Below are positions 49,578 to 63,800 of a stretch of DNA of 64,000 nucleotides, piece after piece; the first letter of the stretch is position 1; each line of letters opens with the position of its first letter. The notes beneath the pieces are model-generated. The model had not been told where the DNA came from. It did not search any database and saw only the letters and a list, made by a program, of their open reading frames with translations. The position numbers and the translations under genes were made by a program. The stretch comes from Carcharhinus longimanus (Eukaryota): positions 37,438,910 to 37,502,909 of the forward strand of contig JASCQW010000032.1 in assembly GCA_030264375.1 (NCBI GenBank). Reading direction: 5' to 3'.

Positions 49578-51743
49578 CAGTGGTTCCCAAACTTTTTTCA
49601 CTGGACCACACTTTTGGAATAAAAATTTGCTTGCGCCACACCAAATTTTTTATTGACAAGAAATACATTCAGAAATAAAACAAACAACTCCTACATAGAA
49701 CACAACTACTTTATAATATGATCATGGGACATCCAGAAAGTATAAAACAATGCAACTACATAAAATGTGATTCATTCCCAAAATATACTTATAGATGAGC
49801 CTCTTACATATGTAACCTTAAGTACACAAACTCATTGAGCGGTGTGAGCTTGTTTTTGTCAGGTAATCTCATTTATATTAGGTCTAATATGAGACAAACA
49901 AACACTCATCTCACCAATACAAAGAAACCTTTTTTGGTCTTTGATATTTGTCAGAGCCGAAAATCCCTGTCCACAACAATGTTGTGGAGAACTGTAGAAG
50001 GATAGCTAACGCTCTTGAAGAGATGCGTGGCTACTGTTTCTGGTTGTGTATCCAAAAAGAGTCCAGTAACATAGTCCCGTGTTTCATTTTCAAGGTGCGA
50101 TCACTCAATGCAGGCCATTTCCTCCTCCTCATCCAATGTCAGACCTGAAGAGCTGGAATTTGCAAAGGGTTCTCTAACCCGGTTGAATTTTTCTGTAGAC
50201 AACGATGGAAAGTAATGATCAATCTTTTCTACCAGTGTTGCAAGATGTTCCTGTGTAAGGCCGTACAATTCATTGCACGTTTTGAAACTTTTTACCAGTG
50301 GGAACTTTGAGATTATGTTGCATCGCTCTTCCAAGCCAGAGCTGAAGCTTTTTTTTGAATACAGTTAGTTTGTCTGTAGTTGTGAGGAAATTGTCATCGT
50401 GGCCTTGTATACTGGCATTGAGCACGTTCAACCGCGAAAAAATATCAGCCAAATATGCCAGCTTTGCACACCAGTCATTGTCATCCAGTTGGTGGTACAA
50501 TGGGTTCCCTTCTTGTTCCAGAAATTCTCTTAATTCATTCTTCAGTTCCAATACCTGATTTAAAACTTTTGTGCGGGACATCGAGCGAACCTCCGAGTGC
50601 AGAATTAGGCATTGATGTTTTGATTCCATGTCTTTGCAGAGTTGAGCAAATAATAGCGTCTTTAGTGGTTTTGCTTTGATGAACTTCACAGTGCGCACAG
50701 TCTGATCTAGGACCAACTTCAAATCAGCTACAAGGGTCTTGGTGATTAATGCCTCTCTGTAAAAGTCACTGAGTTGATATTACATCTGGATTTTTCTGTT
50801 TGAATGCTGCCAAGTCTCACATTCCCTGTCATTCATGGCGTTTCATCTGTATGAATTCCAATACAAGAATCGCATGAAATCTCAACTTTTTCCAAATACT
50901 CAGACAAGGTTTGGAAATTATCTCGTCCTCTGGTATGTTTTTCAAGTTCCTTGCAAAATAGAAACTGTGTGATTATTTCATCATTGTGAATGAATCTGAT
51001 ATAGGCAAGCAACTGCTTTTCCACTAATGTCGATTGATTCATCAAATTTGAAATTCTTCATACTTTTGGAAATACGCTTCTCAATATTAGCTGACATATC
51101 AATTTTTCTTCTGCGAATAGTATTATCAGACAAAGGAATTTCCATAACTTCTCTCTGAGCATCATCACCAAACAAAGTTTTCACAATCAAGCTGCAGGCA
51201 GGCTGAATCAATTTTTCACCTATTGTATATGGTTTTGTCTGTTGAACAATCAATTCAGCCACTTGGTAAGATACAATGTGCATCTTATCTGAGGCTGTCA
51301 TTCGTTTTGCGAAATATGATCGTTGGCATTTCTGCTGTTCCAAAAGCCTTTCAAAATATTAAACATCCTTGTTTGCCAGATTTCCATGTTTTGACAACAG
51401 ATGTCTTTTCATCTTGCTTTGGACCATATTGGAATTGGAAAGCATCTCCAGTCCATGTGAAACCGAAACTCAGATAGCTATCCATGTATTGTCGACAAAC
51501 TTCCTTTTTTGGAGATTTGCTTGGGTGTAGAATTAAATGATTCCGCTATTGGTGTAGAATTAAATGACTCTTCAGCACTCTGTTCAAAAGGTGATTCTGG
51601 ATCACAACGTGGACTTGGATCGTCCTCAGCATCACTTGGTGCTCTTGCTCTCACTTATCCATGTTTAAATAATTCTTTGATTGTCCTTGAATCTTCCCAT
51701 CACAATTGCCATCATCTCTTGCCACACCCATTGGGAACCTCTG
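49578..51743 (-). mobile_element. Full-length but inactivated hAT DNA transposon (Buster/Charlie type)
   Basis: TIRs CAGTGGTTCCCAA (49578) and TTGGGAACCTCTG (ends 51743). The 8-bp TSD gcattgaa/gcatagaa has a central TA. Transposase fragments lie in ORFs 50981-51343, 50833-51045, 50270-50722 and 50101-50334 (KPYTIGEKLI, IPLSDNTIRRR, FLFCKEL, LAYLADIF). Confidence 0.93.
49832..51662 (-). pseudogene. Degenerate Buster-family transposase (FAM200/ZBED8/SCAND3-like)
   Basis: Frameshifted and stop-interrupted. N-terminal YLSFGFTWTG motif with a partly deleted BED finger; C-terminal QKQAHTAQ-stop. Confidence 0.85.
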
Positions 51744-54700
51744 GCATAGAACAAAAAAGGCAACAATATACAATAATGTTGAACTTGTATAAGACCAGAA
51801 GTACTGCGTATAGGGAGTATTTCAGTGATGAAGAAAAATCACCAGGTTGTTGGTATTAATAATGGATTGTTGCTTGGTTGAAAAACTTAAGATATTAAGA
51901 CTCTTTACTGGAGTTGGAAAAGTTAAATTGCAAGATAATTAGACTAGCTTCAAGACTATGACAAGTTATGATATGGTACTTAGTGGTTGTTTGCATTGTT
52001 CAGTGAAAAGGTGATGAGGAGGCTCAAATTTTCAATAATCACCATAATAGTGGGATGCTCACAATTTCTATTTTATATTTTTAGAACATGGAATGAGATC
52101 AGGGTTGTGGAAAGAAGCACAGTGCAAACTTAATTGGCTAAATGACTGGCTTGTTCCTCTGCTGTATGATTCCCTTGCAAATTTCATCTCTGATTCCACT
52201 CGTCAATCAAAACTAGCACTCCTTTCTCAAACAAGTATTACAGCTACTCCCTGTCCAAAAACAGGGCACTGATTCTTGGACAAGTTATCCTGATGCATGT
52301 TGTCAATTCATCAATTTTATCCCACCACAGGACTTTGGATTTTTTCATCATATCTCCCTCTTTTTACCAGGACTAATCATGAATGTAACTTTGATTTATT
52401 TTGGGGCCATTTGTACGTACTTGTTGAGCCTATTCCTTCTTGTCAGCCTGGGATTCTTTGACTTGTGCTGAATTATAGTTCCATGGGAATTGGAAGACAT
52501 ATTACTTAGCAAATATTTATTCTGACGTCACATAATCTAATTTTATCATGGATAATATAACAATCTACTTTTAATATCTATGCATAAAACTTCACATAAT
52601 CAAAAGTGAAAACTTGGCTTCCACTTGGAGCAGACAGCTTTCCACATGCCAATCTGCACACATGACCCAAAGCTGCAATAAAACACAAGCAGTTTAAGAT
52701 TACCTATGATTATATACCCATGCGTACCTGGACATGTAAAATCTTACAGTAGAATGCTGAAAACCCATTGAGTATGGTTGTCCACTACTGGATTAGCAAT
52801 CAAGATTTTGGATTTAGATGTTGAGAGATTGTCTCTCTATCTCGCGAGTTGAGAAACAGGATTTCTATTGGCCATTCAGGGGGTTGTGAGGCTTAGTCAG
52901 TGAGAATATTCAAGAGACATTTGGATGCGAAAGCAATGTGGGGCAAGGCAAAGAAAGTGGAATTGAGTAGAGAAGTTTACTCACGATATTGATTAGAGCA
53001 TTCATTTAAGATTATGAAAGGGTTTGTTAGGGTAGAAGGATAGAAAATGACTCCAATGGTGGGAGTCCAAAAACTGATGATATATGGAAAATGGTGACTG
53101 ATGAATCCAGTTGGGAATTTAGGAGAAACTTCTTTATTCAGTGTAATGCTTTACCAGAGAGATTCGTTGTGATAGCAAAGACGTAATAAGGGGAAGCAGG
53201 ACAGGCAAATGAGGAATAAAGCATAGGATATATTGATGGCATGAGATGAAGGCGGCTAGTGAGGCATAAACACTGGCCTGTCTTTGTGAGTTAGACATAT
53301 AATTATGTAACCCATGTGACTCTAATCCCACCTTACATTAACTCTGAATACATTATAGCTAGGAGGGATGGAAAATAAATGTAGCCTTGCAAGCAGTTTG
53401 CTTACTCAGAATATTTTTTAAATGAAAGGCTGCAGTGGGGAGAGCAGAATCTTTTGCATCATCACCAATGATATAGCTCTATAGGCAGTCCTCAGATTTG
53501 CGGCGTGATTAGTTCTTGGAAATAACTGTAAGTCATTACATTGAAAACCGGAACCAATTACCCCGTGGGAGATTGGTTCCAACAATGGAGCAAGGCATAA
53601 TTTTCACCAGCAAATTGCAGTCTCATTTCCTCAAGTTTTAGACGTTCGTCTCAATGCATTCAAACTTCTGCCACAAACCTCCCCATAGTGCAGACAGCTT
53701 GGTTTTGGCTTAAGGCTGGCTACTGCCTCTGGGTGCAGGACACCAAAATTATTCACCACTCTCTGCTTTCTGCGCTATAGCTCGTCGAGGCAATGTGCTG
53801 GTGGATCACAGCAACTGTTGTCCATAGATGGCTGAGCTCCATAACCAGCTGGTGGCCCACGTGTTGAAGTGACTTTCTGACCTGGAGTTATGACCTGGTC
53901 AGAAGGATCAGGGGGCCTGGTATTTCAACAGGAGGTTTCACCACTTTCTCGGCAGCGAAAGTGTTAGCGACCCAATATTATACAGTATATTACTGAATGC
54001 TGGATTATCTGGCTTTGTTTCAGTCAAGACTGCATTTAAGAATATAAGCAGTAGTGTATATGTATAATAAAAATATTAAAGATGAGCTGGCTTGGAGTCA
54101 GTCAAAACTGACATTACTAATTTGCCAAAAGCTGTCAATTATAAGCAGTGTAAGTGCCATTTGTCATAACTTGAATGTTGTAAAGCCAAGCACTGCCTGT
54201 ATCGACAGGGTTATGCTGTGCACACTGCTTCCAGAGCCTCCCAGTAATGACCTCCCACACTCTAGAATAATTTAGTTGGGGGAAAAAAGCTGTTTTTGCA
54301 TTGAACTGGGTATAAATGAAAACCCTCAAAAATTACTATAAGTGAAGCATTTGGCTAACTGGGCCATGCTCAGATTTTCACTTAATTTGCAGTCCATTGT
54401 TGCATTACATTAAAGTGGCAGCAGAATAATTTTTCGATCTGAGTTAAGAGATGTGAGTAGATTGAAGTAATTTGGGAAAGCTGCTCAATGTAACAAAATC
54501 ACAGAACTTGAGGTTGTACCTGTCTTTGAGCCAATGATAGTTCAGCATGTTGATATTTTCCACATCTTGTACACTAAGGATGGAGAGCATTGTTCATTCA
54601 CCCAGAATAGGTAATTCTAACAGTTCAGGCAACACAGTGAAGATCCATAGATTTGCTCCTCAGAGTTTAGCATAGTGCAACAACTGCACTATATGCTGTT

Positions 54701-55183
54701 CATGTAATACGTTAAATATATACAAACAATTGCTTTGAATTTCTGCAGTTACACTAAGAAAACTGAATTGAATGGTAAAAGAAAAAATGGGTTGTGAACA
54801 GAAACTTTATTGAGCAAAGAGGGCCTTAAATGCTGAGGAAGAAAAATTGTGCAACAAAAAACATAGTTATGGTTTCTTGTTTTGAATTTAAATGTTGCTG
54901 AAAATGTTACACAATTTAAGCATGTTGGTGACGCTGAAAGCTTGCAAAAGATTGAATAGAAACATGTCAGTAAATAAATTGTGATCATGATTGTGCCCAA
55001 TTTATTTTCCCTTAATTCAAAACATTACTTAATTGTTAAATGCATTTTTTCTCATTTTGATTTGATTTCTTTACCTGATGCTTAATTTAATTTTTGGTAT
55101 GATTGCAATTTGGATGAATGGCGTATTCACACATTTTGGAGCTTTACTCAATGACACTTAAAGTACTACTTATATTTTTACAG

Positions 55184-55244
55184 TTTGGATTTTGAAGAAT
55201 GTGCTCATAAATTATTGAAGATGGAATTTCCTGAAAGTCAAACT
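55184..55244 (+). CDS. CWC22: CWC22 exon (LDFEECAHKLLKMEFPESQT); last exon visible in the window
   Basis: tttttacag| ... ACT|gtgagt; 61 bp. The next expected exon (KELCNMILDCC...) was not seen before 64000. Confidence 0.96.
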
Positions 55245-55597
55245 GTGAGTATTGATTTGCATGTGCTCAGTTGTCAATAGAAGGTTGGTACAGTGGAAAT
55301 TAAGATATTTAAATGTTGCTGGCACCCATAAGGAACATGACTGATCTAAACTTTGCTGCTACCATATACAGTTTGAGGTCTGTAAGGCTACTAACCATCG
55401 CAAATATCATGATAATGGCAAGATATATGTAGTCTAAAGGCAGGGAAACACATGAAGTTAAGATATTGCATCAGGTGTGTAATTTGAGGTAAACTTTGAG
55501 AATTGACAAGAAGTTGAGTCAATACTTGTTTCATGTTGAGGCATGGTGAGGGTGTGAAACTTATGTCTCAAGGTTTGATTTTGAGACCCATATTCGA

Positions 55598-56370
55598 GTC
55601 ATAGAGGTATACAGCATAGAAAGGGGCACTTGCATCCATCACGTCTACTCGGGTCAAAGACAAACAACCTAACTATTCTAATCCCATTTTCTAGCACCTA
55701 GCCCATAGCCTTGTATGGCTTGGCATCACAAGTGCACAATTAAATACTACTTAAATGTTATGAGGGTCTCNNNNNNNNNNNNNNNNNNNNNNNNNNNNNN
55801 NNNNNNNNNNNNNNNNNNNNNNNNNNNNNNNNNNNNNNNNNNNNNNNNNNNNNNNNNNNNNNNNNNNNNNTCTAGCCCATAGCCTTGTATGGCTTGGCAT
55901 CACAAGTGCACAATTAAATACTAAAATGTTATGAGGGTCTCTGTCTTCACCATCCTTTCATGCAGTGAGTTCCAGACTCCCACCACCCTTTGGGTGAATA
56001 AGTTTTTTTCCTCTCATTCTCTCTAAACCTCCTGCCCCTTACTTTAAATCTATTGCCTCCTAGTCATTGATCCTTCCACCAAAGGGAATAATTTTTTTCC
56101 TGTCCACTCTATCTATGTCCCCCATAATGTTATACACCTCAATCCTGACCCCCCTCAGTCTCCTCTGCACCAAGGAAAACAATCCCAATCTATCCAATCT
56201 GTCTTCATAACTAAAACTGTCCAGCCCAGACAACATCCTGGTAAATCTCCTCAGCCCCCTTTGCAATATCCCTTCTATAATGTGGATTCCAGAACTGCAA
56301 ACAATATGCTAATTGTGGCCTAACCCAATAACCTCCCTGCTATTAAACTCAATGTCTCAACTAATAAAGA
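55598..56370 (-). mobile_element. CR1 LINE 3' fragment spanning a gap
   Basis: RRFTRMLSGLDSFSYEDRLDRLGLFSLVQRRLRG. Confidence 0.85.
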
Positions 56371-57289
56371 CTAATAAATAATATTGCATCAACAACTTGG
56401 AATAAAATTTTGTCAAATTTGTTGGTCCTAAGTCTGAAGTGTTTAAACCACTTGAACAGTTGGATGCCCTGTAAGGAGCCAGAAGCACTTTTCCACTTGA
56501 GTATCTAAGAGGTAATAGATGATCATATCTGTTTGAGTTTTTGAATGTTGTGCATCAATTCCACTGTAAATTGGACACTCTATCACAATTTTTAATTATG
56601 ATTTTTTTCTAATTACCATTCTAAATCAGATATTGTGCAAGTGGTCTCTTTTTGAGGAAAAATTAGCCAAGAATAGAATATTTTCCTTCTGGACCACTTC
56701 CATTTGTTTGTTACAAGGAAAAACATTTGTTTCATAATTAATAAACAAAATCTATAATTCTATAATCAGAGCATTGATGTGTATAGGGTCAGGCAAGAAC
56801 GTTTTAGTAAACCTGGTCAACACTGGGGTTCAAATTTAGTTGCACAAATAACTTTTTATATCTCTCAATTAATTTTTTCCCAGCAAGTTGTGGTTTAATT
56901 AAAATTGCTCATGATTTCTTCCTTGCTTGACTGGCCAGTACCCCATTATATTCATCATTCCATTTTTGTGCTTTATTCCGTCACGTTGGGCCAAAATAAG
57001 CTATTTTCAGAGTTCAACTTGATAATGTACACAATCATTAATCTCTTAAAATCCACTGGAGTACAACCAGACTTCAGTTTCTGTGGTTACTCTATGTAGT
57101 TTTGATGCCAGGCATCAGATAGTAGACCATTTGTTCCATCATCTTTTCCAGCGCCATAATATCCCCATTGTAATAGCAATTCATTTTCAGTTATGTTCAA
57201 TTTTGCTGGGGATCCCTCAGTATATAAATTATCGAATAGGAATCTAGTTGATTATCACTCATCTCGGAAAATAAATATTTTTGAGAAAT

Positions 57290-58050
57290 ATGGTTGTGAT
57301 GATAATGGAGATGCTCCCCCATCCAAAATGAAATATGGAAAGGCCAAAACACTTGTCTCCTGGTCCCACTCCAATCTCAGTTCCCTTGTCACTGACTCCA
57401 TCCCATTTCTTAGCCACTGAGGCCGAATCAGACCATTGCAGCGTTTATGTTCTGTTTGACTGTTCATCACCGGGACCATCTATGTCCATTTAGGTGACAC
57501 CACGTGCCTTCCGTCCTCGAGTTGCTTATTGAAACCCAGAATCCTTTTGCATGATTTTGTAGACTCGAATATTCCAATGCTTTTTTCCACCTCGCCCCCC
57601 GCAAACTTGAAGTTATGCAAAACTTTTCTGCCTAACCTGTATTGAGCTCTGTTCAGCCATACTGCTCTGCTCATTGATCCATGTTGTCTCCCAGTCTGGC
57701 ATCTTGATTTCAAATTCTTTGATGGTGCCTGTCCACCCTATGTTGTAACCATCTCCATTCCTCAGATCTCCACACTCTAGTATTTCTGACCCGTTGTGCA
57801 AGCCCAGTTTTGATTGCTCCATCGATGCCAGTTGGACTTTCAGCTGACTGAATCTTAAGACCGGGAATCCTTTCCCCATCTGTATGCTCTTCTATTCCTC
57901 TTGAAGACATAGCTTAAAACTGACTGAATTTTTTCCATTTTGCAAATGTTTTACCTATCCTAATATTACTAATGTGACTCAGTATCAAGTTTTGTTCAAC
58001 AAAATCATTGTGGGGCACATCAGAATGTTTTACTATGCCAATATGAGTTG
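57290..58050 (+). mobile_element. Old L2-type LINE 3' fragment
   Basis: tccccagtctggcatcttgatttcaaattc and tttcagctgactg...cctttccc remnants. Confidence 0.5.
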
Positions 58051-58759
58051 TTCTAAAAATGTATTTGATTTAGCTAATTATTCTTCCTGAACATAGCATT
58101 GAATGGAACGCATTTCATTATATACTATATTCCCTACATGTGTCTTCGCAATACATGTGGAACAAAGAAAAATTATTTGATTGGCATTAAATGCATTTTC
58201 AAAATATGCTTTCAGAGTCACCTTACTGCACTTCCATTTTGAATATTTACCTAAGTCAGTTTTTGGGGGCATTATAATCTTGGCTAAATGGTATTGCCAT
58301 TTCTCATTTCTGCTACAGTTGTTGACCTACGTTTTTGTTTTAAGTTTGGCTGACTTGTATTATGGAGCAGCTCTGCCGATGCATCATTTTTATTCCATCT
58401 AGTGCTGCAAGATATAATGTGCATGTTTTAAATTAGAGGGAGAAATATAATATTTCTGTACACACTTGAATTCCCAACCAAGCTCTCAATGATACAGATG
58501 GCTTATTATTTCTTTTACCAGTTTCCTATTATTGTAGGAAAACTGGGTCTTTATTTTGCAGTGGGAAGGGAAGGCAAAGAGGAAGCATGAAAATTGTATC
58601 CTTATTGCAGCTCAAGATTGAGAAGATTAAAAAACATGCTCACAGTTTCACAGAAACTTAGCACAAAAGGAAGCCATTTGGTACATTGTATCTATGCTGG
58701 CTTTTTGAAAGAGTAGCCATGCTGAATCTCACAGGCAGCTTTTTGTCTGTGACCTTAAA

Positions 58760-60560
58760 ATCCTCAGAAATGGGAGCAGGCATCCCATAAGAGGTTGGCT
58801 GATCTAATTGTGGTCTTTGGTGCATTTTCCTGCCTACCTCCATAACCTTTGACTATTTGTCAGTCAAAAATTAATTTAACTCACTCCTGAGTGTGTTCAG
58901 TGTCCAGCCTACACTGCTGTCTGGGGAAGACAATTCCAAAGTCTAACAGTTCTAACAGTGAAGAAATTTTTCTTCATCTAGGCCTCAAGTGGGGAGACAC
59001 CTTATTTTTAAAACTGTGCCCCTTAGATCTAGTCTACTCTGTATCCACAAGGGGAAACATCCTTCTAGCATCCACCCTGTCAAGTTCTCCCAGATTCTTC
59101 TGTTCTATTCTTCCAAATTCCAGCGAGTATAGGCCAAACCTGCTCAACCTTTGCTCAAGAAAACCTTTTCATCCCAGGAAGTGAACCTTCATGAACTGCT
59201 TTCAATGCAAATATGTATTTATTTAAGGAGACCAAAACTCTACACAGGACTGCAGGTACACTCACACTAAAGCCATGTACAGCAGTGGCAATACTTCCCA
59301 ACTTTTATAATTTTGTATTGAAGTCCAACGTTCAATTTGTTGCCTTTATCATGTGCTGTCCTTGCATGCTAGCCTTTTGTGTTTCATGTACCAGGGCACC
59401 TAGATCCTTTTGTGCCACAGATTTCTGCAGTTCTTTCATTTGAATAATATTCTTCCTTTCTGTTCTTCCTGTCAAAGTGAACAAGCTGCATTTTTCCGCG
59501 TTATATTCCATCTGCCAAATTTTTGCCTCTTAATTTATTCTATCAATATCCCTTTGCAGACAGTATTTCCTCTTCATAGTTTACTTTTGTTTATGTCATC
59601 AGCAAGCCATGCATTCTATCCCTTCATCCACATCATTGGATTATAAATACCTGAGGCCCTAACACTGACCCATTGGTACTCTACTAGTAATAGCTTGCCA
59701 CTTAAAAACAACCCATTTATCTCAACTCTCTACTTGAGAGAGTAGCTGACCAATCCCCCAAACCATGAGCTTTTGTGCAATAACCGTTTATGTGGCATCT
59801 TATTGAATGCCTTTGGGAAATCATATAAACCACGCTCGACTGGTTCCTTTTTATCACCCTGCTTGTTATATCTTCAAACAACCCAAATCTGTCACAGTTT
59901 CATTTTCACAAAACCATGTTGACTGCCTGATTGATTTATGAGTTTTCAAATATTCTCCTATCTCGTCGCTATTGGATTGCAGCACTTTTTTTAATGACAT
60001 GCACCAGGCTAACTGGCTCATAGTTTACCTGTCTTTCTCATTTTTGCTGTTAGATTTTCAATCTGCTGGGACCTTTCCAGATCCTAGGGAATTTTGGAAG
60101 ATTGGCACACTCCATTATCTCTGCAACCACTTTCTTTAAGACCCTAGGATCGAAGCTATCAGTTCCAGCAGACTTTGCCAACCCTAATCCCATTGAACTG
60201 TTCCTCATGCCCCCCGCCCCGTGCTTTTCTAGTAGTCTCGAGATGCTTTACTGTGACAACGGAATCAAAATGTTCAAAGCCTTTGCCATTCCTTTGCTTT
60301 CCACTATGAATTGTCCAGTCTCACTCTAAAGAACCAGTTCTCACTGTCACTATTCATTTCCTTTATTATATACTTGTTTATGCTTTTACTGTCAATACTT
60401 GTTAGCTGCTAGTTTTTTTCCCTCAACTTTTTGCTTTTTTGTGGTGATTTTTAAAAAATTTTCCAATTTTCTGGTCTAGCATTAATCTTTGCTGCTTTGT
60501 GTATTTCTTCTTTATATTGGATACCATCTTTAAGTTCCTTAGTTTGTCAAGGATGGTGCC
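58760..60560 (-). mobile_element. Old CR1 LINE fragment
   Basis: Reverse-complement 3' UTR (agaaatgggagcaggc) followed by RT remnants. Confidence 0.7.
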
Positions 60561-62409
60561 ACCTATTGAGCACAAGCTGAACAGAATGCGTTCTTACTGT
60601 ACGGAGTGATGCAGACAGCAAATTCTATTTTGTGATTGTTAATCGAGATGCTCCAGTCAAAACAATTATTTTTCTCTGTTAGCTCTTTTTGAGGTTTTCT
60701 CAAGCTAATTTTCAAATTTCTCAAGGCTTTTTTGAATTTCACGGGCTCCTTTTTTCATTCTAATAAACTCCATTATTAAGTGATGCAGTCACATTACCTT
60801 TATTTGTGTTGCTTTTTTTCAATGTTTCCTTCTTCAGATAGATAGCACAAACATCAAACACAAAGATTTTATGATTTAGAGCAGCTCATCCAATTTCAAG
60901 CCAGGGATTAATCAAATCAACATAATAGCAATGATACACAATTAGATGCTAACTCTTTTCCTATTTTCCGCAAAAAAAAGTACATTTAGAAACTGGCGAG
61001 CTGCTGACTTTGATAAAACTGTGTGACTTGCTAGGCCATTTCAGAGGACAATGAAGAGTCAACCACATTAATGCGGGTCTGGCATTGTATATAGGCCAGA
61101 CCAGCGAAGTGTAATTTATTTTCTTCAAGAATATTAGTGCGCCAGAACTTTTTACAACAGCTCAGTTTATTCAATTAACTGAGTTTAAGATCCCTTGTCA
61201 GAAGGAAATTCTGGATTCCTGATGGTCAATTTAGGCTCTAGATAGTTTGATAAGTCAGTTGACCACACTGCTGCTGCTGCTGGTCCCTGTCATGAACTGA
61301 ATTTGTGTCAAATGTAAAAGGAGCTTCCCAGATTTCTGTCTTAACTATTCCAAGTTCTGTGTCCTGATATCCATTATTTCAATACTTTGTACCACATCAT
61401 GCTCCAGGAGCCATATGCACTTGTGTACTCCATGAAGTATGCATCCATACTGTAACTGGGGTCAGCATGATGTGATTCCGAAACCAGTTATAGTGCAAGG
61501 TGTCACTTGAAGCCAAACTGACACTAGAGCAAAGTACAATGAGGCATTTTACAGGAGGGAGTCTTGTCCCGATTCACTCTGGAGACATTGTGGATTGCAC
61601 AATTCCATTGAAAAATTAAACTACTTTCTAACTATGTTATACTTATAAATGCAAATATACTTTTAGGAGCAACTTGTCTAAGGCCAACAATAAATTTAGG
61701 GACAAAAAGACTTATAGATTTTTTGAGTAAATAGAACAACTATATAAATGGTTTAAGGAATGTGAAGTACAAATGGCCCAGAGGAGTAAATGTTTCCCTC
61801 ATATCTTAGCAGCATGGAAGTTAGATTTCAGCTTTAGATGTAGAAAGATTGCTGTACCAGTACTAAATTCTGTACATGTTTGCAGGCGATACAAATTCAC
61901 TCTTACAGGTCTAATGAGTAATTGCCTTGTCTTGTTTCGTTTTGAATAGGATCCACAATTTTAAAACCTCAGTTTATCTGTGTTGTGGCGAATATGCAGC
62001 ATGGAGAAAAACCCCAGGAGTTGTAAGCAGGTTGCTGGCAGTTACAGATCTGAGAAGTCCAATGAGTCTGCTTGGAGTTTGGAGAAACCCTGAGGCAATG
62101 CCAGCTTACTGAAATTAAGGGTTTGCAAAAGAGTAGGACTTATTTGCTTCATGGACTGCAGTCTTGGGAGAATAAATTGAACCTTTGGGTGATGAATCAG
62201 TCCACGTCAGAGCAGTTTTTGGGGAAATTCGGGGGGCCGACACTTTCAAAGTACACAGTTGAAATCCCTTGAGAGCAATGGCATTATAACAGGATTTTGT
62301 GACTTTGTGGTCACTGACCTCTGTGAGTTGCTGAGAAATTCGTGCAATCTGGTTTGGTCACGTTTGCCATTTACTGTGCAGTCTTTGACTGACCACAGAT
62401 TACCTGCTA

Positions 62410-63450
62410 ATTCATGTTTACCACTTGCTCAATGATCTGTGATGTTACGTGCCGTCTAACTCCAGCCTGAATGTTATTGGGTCTTGCTGCATGTAGACAC
62501 GGACTGCTTGTGTGCCTCAGGAGTTGAGAATAGTTTGAAATGCTGCAATCATCAACAAACATCTCCACTTCTGAACTTGTGATGAAGGAAAGATCATTGA
62601 TGAGGCAGCTGAAGATAGCTGGGCTCAGGCCACTACCTGAATAACTCCTGCAGTGATGTCCTGGTCTGAGATGATCAACCTCCAGTTGCGACCTTAGCAC
62701 TCAGTGATTCCCATTGTTTGCAGTTTTGCTCAGACTTCTTGATGATACTATTATCAAATGCTGCTCTGATGTCAAAGACAGTCATTTCATCTCCCCTCTA
62801 AGTTCAGTTCTTTTGTTGATGTTTGAACTCCTGTCAAGACCTGAGTGGCCCTGGTGGAACCCAAACTGGATGTCAGTGAACAGGTTATTGCTGCATAAGT
62901 GTTGTTGACAGCACTGTCGACAGCACTTTCCATTGCTTTACTGATGATTGAGACTAGACTTATGGGTGACTAATTGATTGGGTTGGATTTGCGCTGCTTT
63001 TTGTAGACAGGCATACCTGGACAGTTTTTTGCATTGTCATGTAGATGCCAATGTTGTAGCTGTATGAAAGCAGCTTGGCTAACGGTGCAGCTTCTTCTGG
63101 AGTGTGTAACTTCAGGACTTTTGCTGGAATATTATCAGGCTCCAATCGCCTTCGCAGTATCCATTGCCTTCAGCTATTTTTTCATATCAAAGGTGGCATT
63201 TCTGATGCTGGGGACCTGGGTGAAGGGTGAGGTGGATTATCCATTCGGCAGTTCTACCCGAAGATTGTTGCAAAGTTAGTTGCTTAATAGCCAGCACCAT
63301 TCCTGACTGGATGTGGCAGGAATGCAGAGCATAGACCTGATTTGTTGCTTATGGGATCACTTAGTTCTATCTATTGCATGCTGTTTTCGCTGTTGACATG
63401 CAAGCAGTGTGTGTTGTAATTTCACTAGGTTGAAACCTAATTTTTAGGTC
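62410..63450 (-). mobile_element. CR1-group LINE RT fragment
   Basis: EPDNIPAKVLKLHTPEEAAPLAKL and FSCLINDLSF...MFVDDC. Confidence 0.75.
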
Positions 63451-63499
63451 TGCCTGGTGCTGCTGCTGTCCCACCCTCCTAAACTCTGAATCAGGATTT

Positions 63500-63800
63500 G
63501 GGTAGCACATTGATGCAGTGGTAAGCACTGCTGCCTCAGTGCCAAGTACTCTGGTTCAATTCCAGCTTGCACATTCTCCTCGTGTCTGCAGGGGTTTCCT
63601 CCGTCTGTTCTGGTTTTCTCCCGCAGTCCAAAGATGTGTGGGTTAGGTAAATTGGCCATACTTAAAACATTGCCAATTAGTGTTGGGGGACTAGCAGGTA
63701 GATGCATGGGATTAAGGGGTCAGGGCTTGAGTGGGATTATCATCAGTGCAGGCTTGATGAGCCAAATGGCCTACTTCTGTATGGTCAGGATTCCAGGAAA
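63500..63800 (+). mobile_element. HE1-type V-SINE
   Basis: cagtggtaagcactgctgcctcag...ggttcaattcc...cagtccaaagatgtgtgggttagg. Confidence 0.8.

Noticed and set aside
50101-51343. Domesticated ZBED/FAM200-like host gene
   Set aside because: Multiple frameshifts and stops with retained TIRs and TSD indicate a decaying transposon.
55690-55940. Direct repeat of about 70 bp on both sides of a gap
   Set aside because: Same assembly-overlap artefact, inside a CR1 tail.
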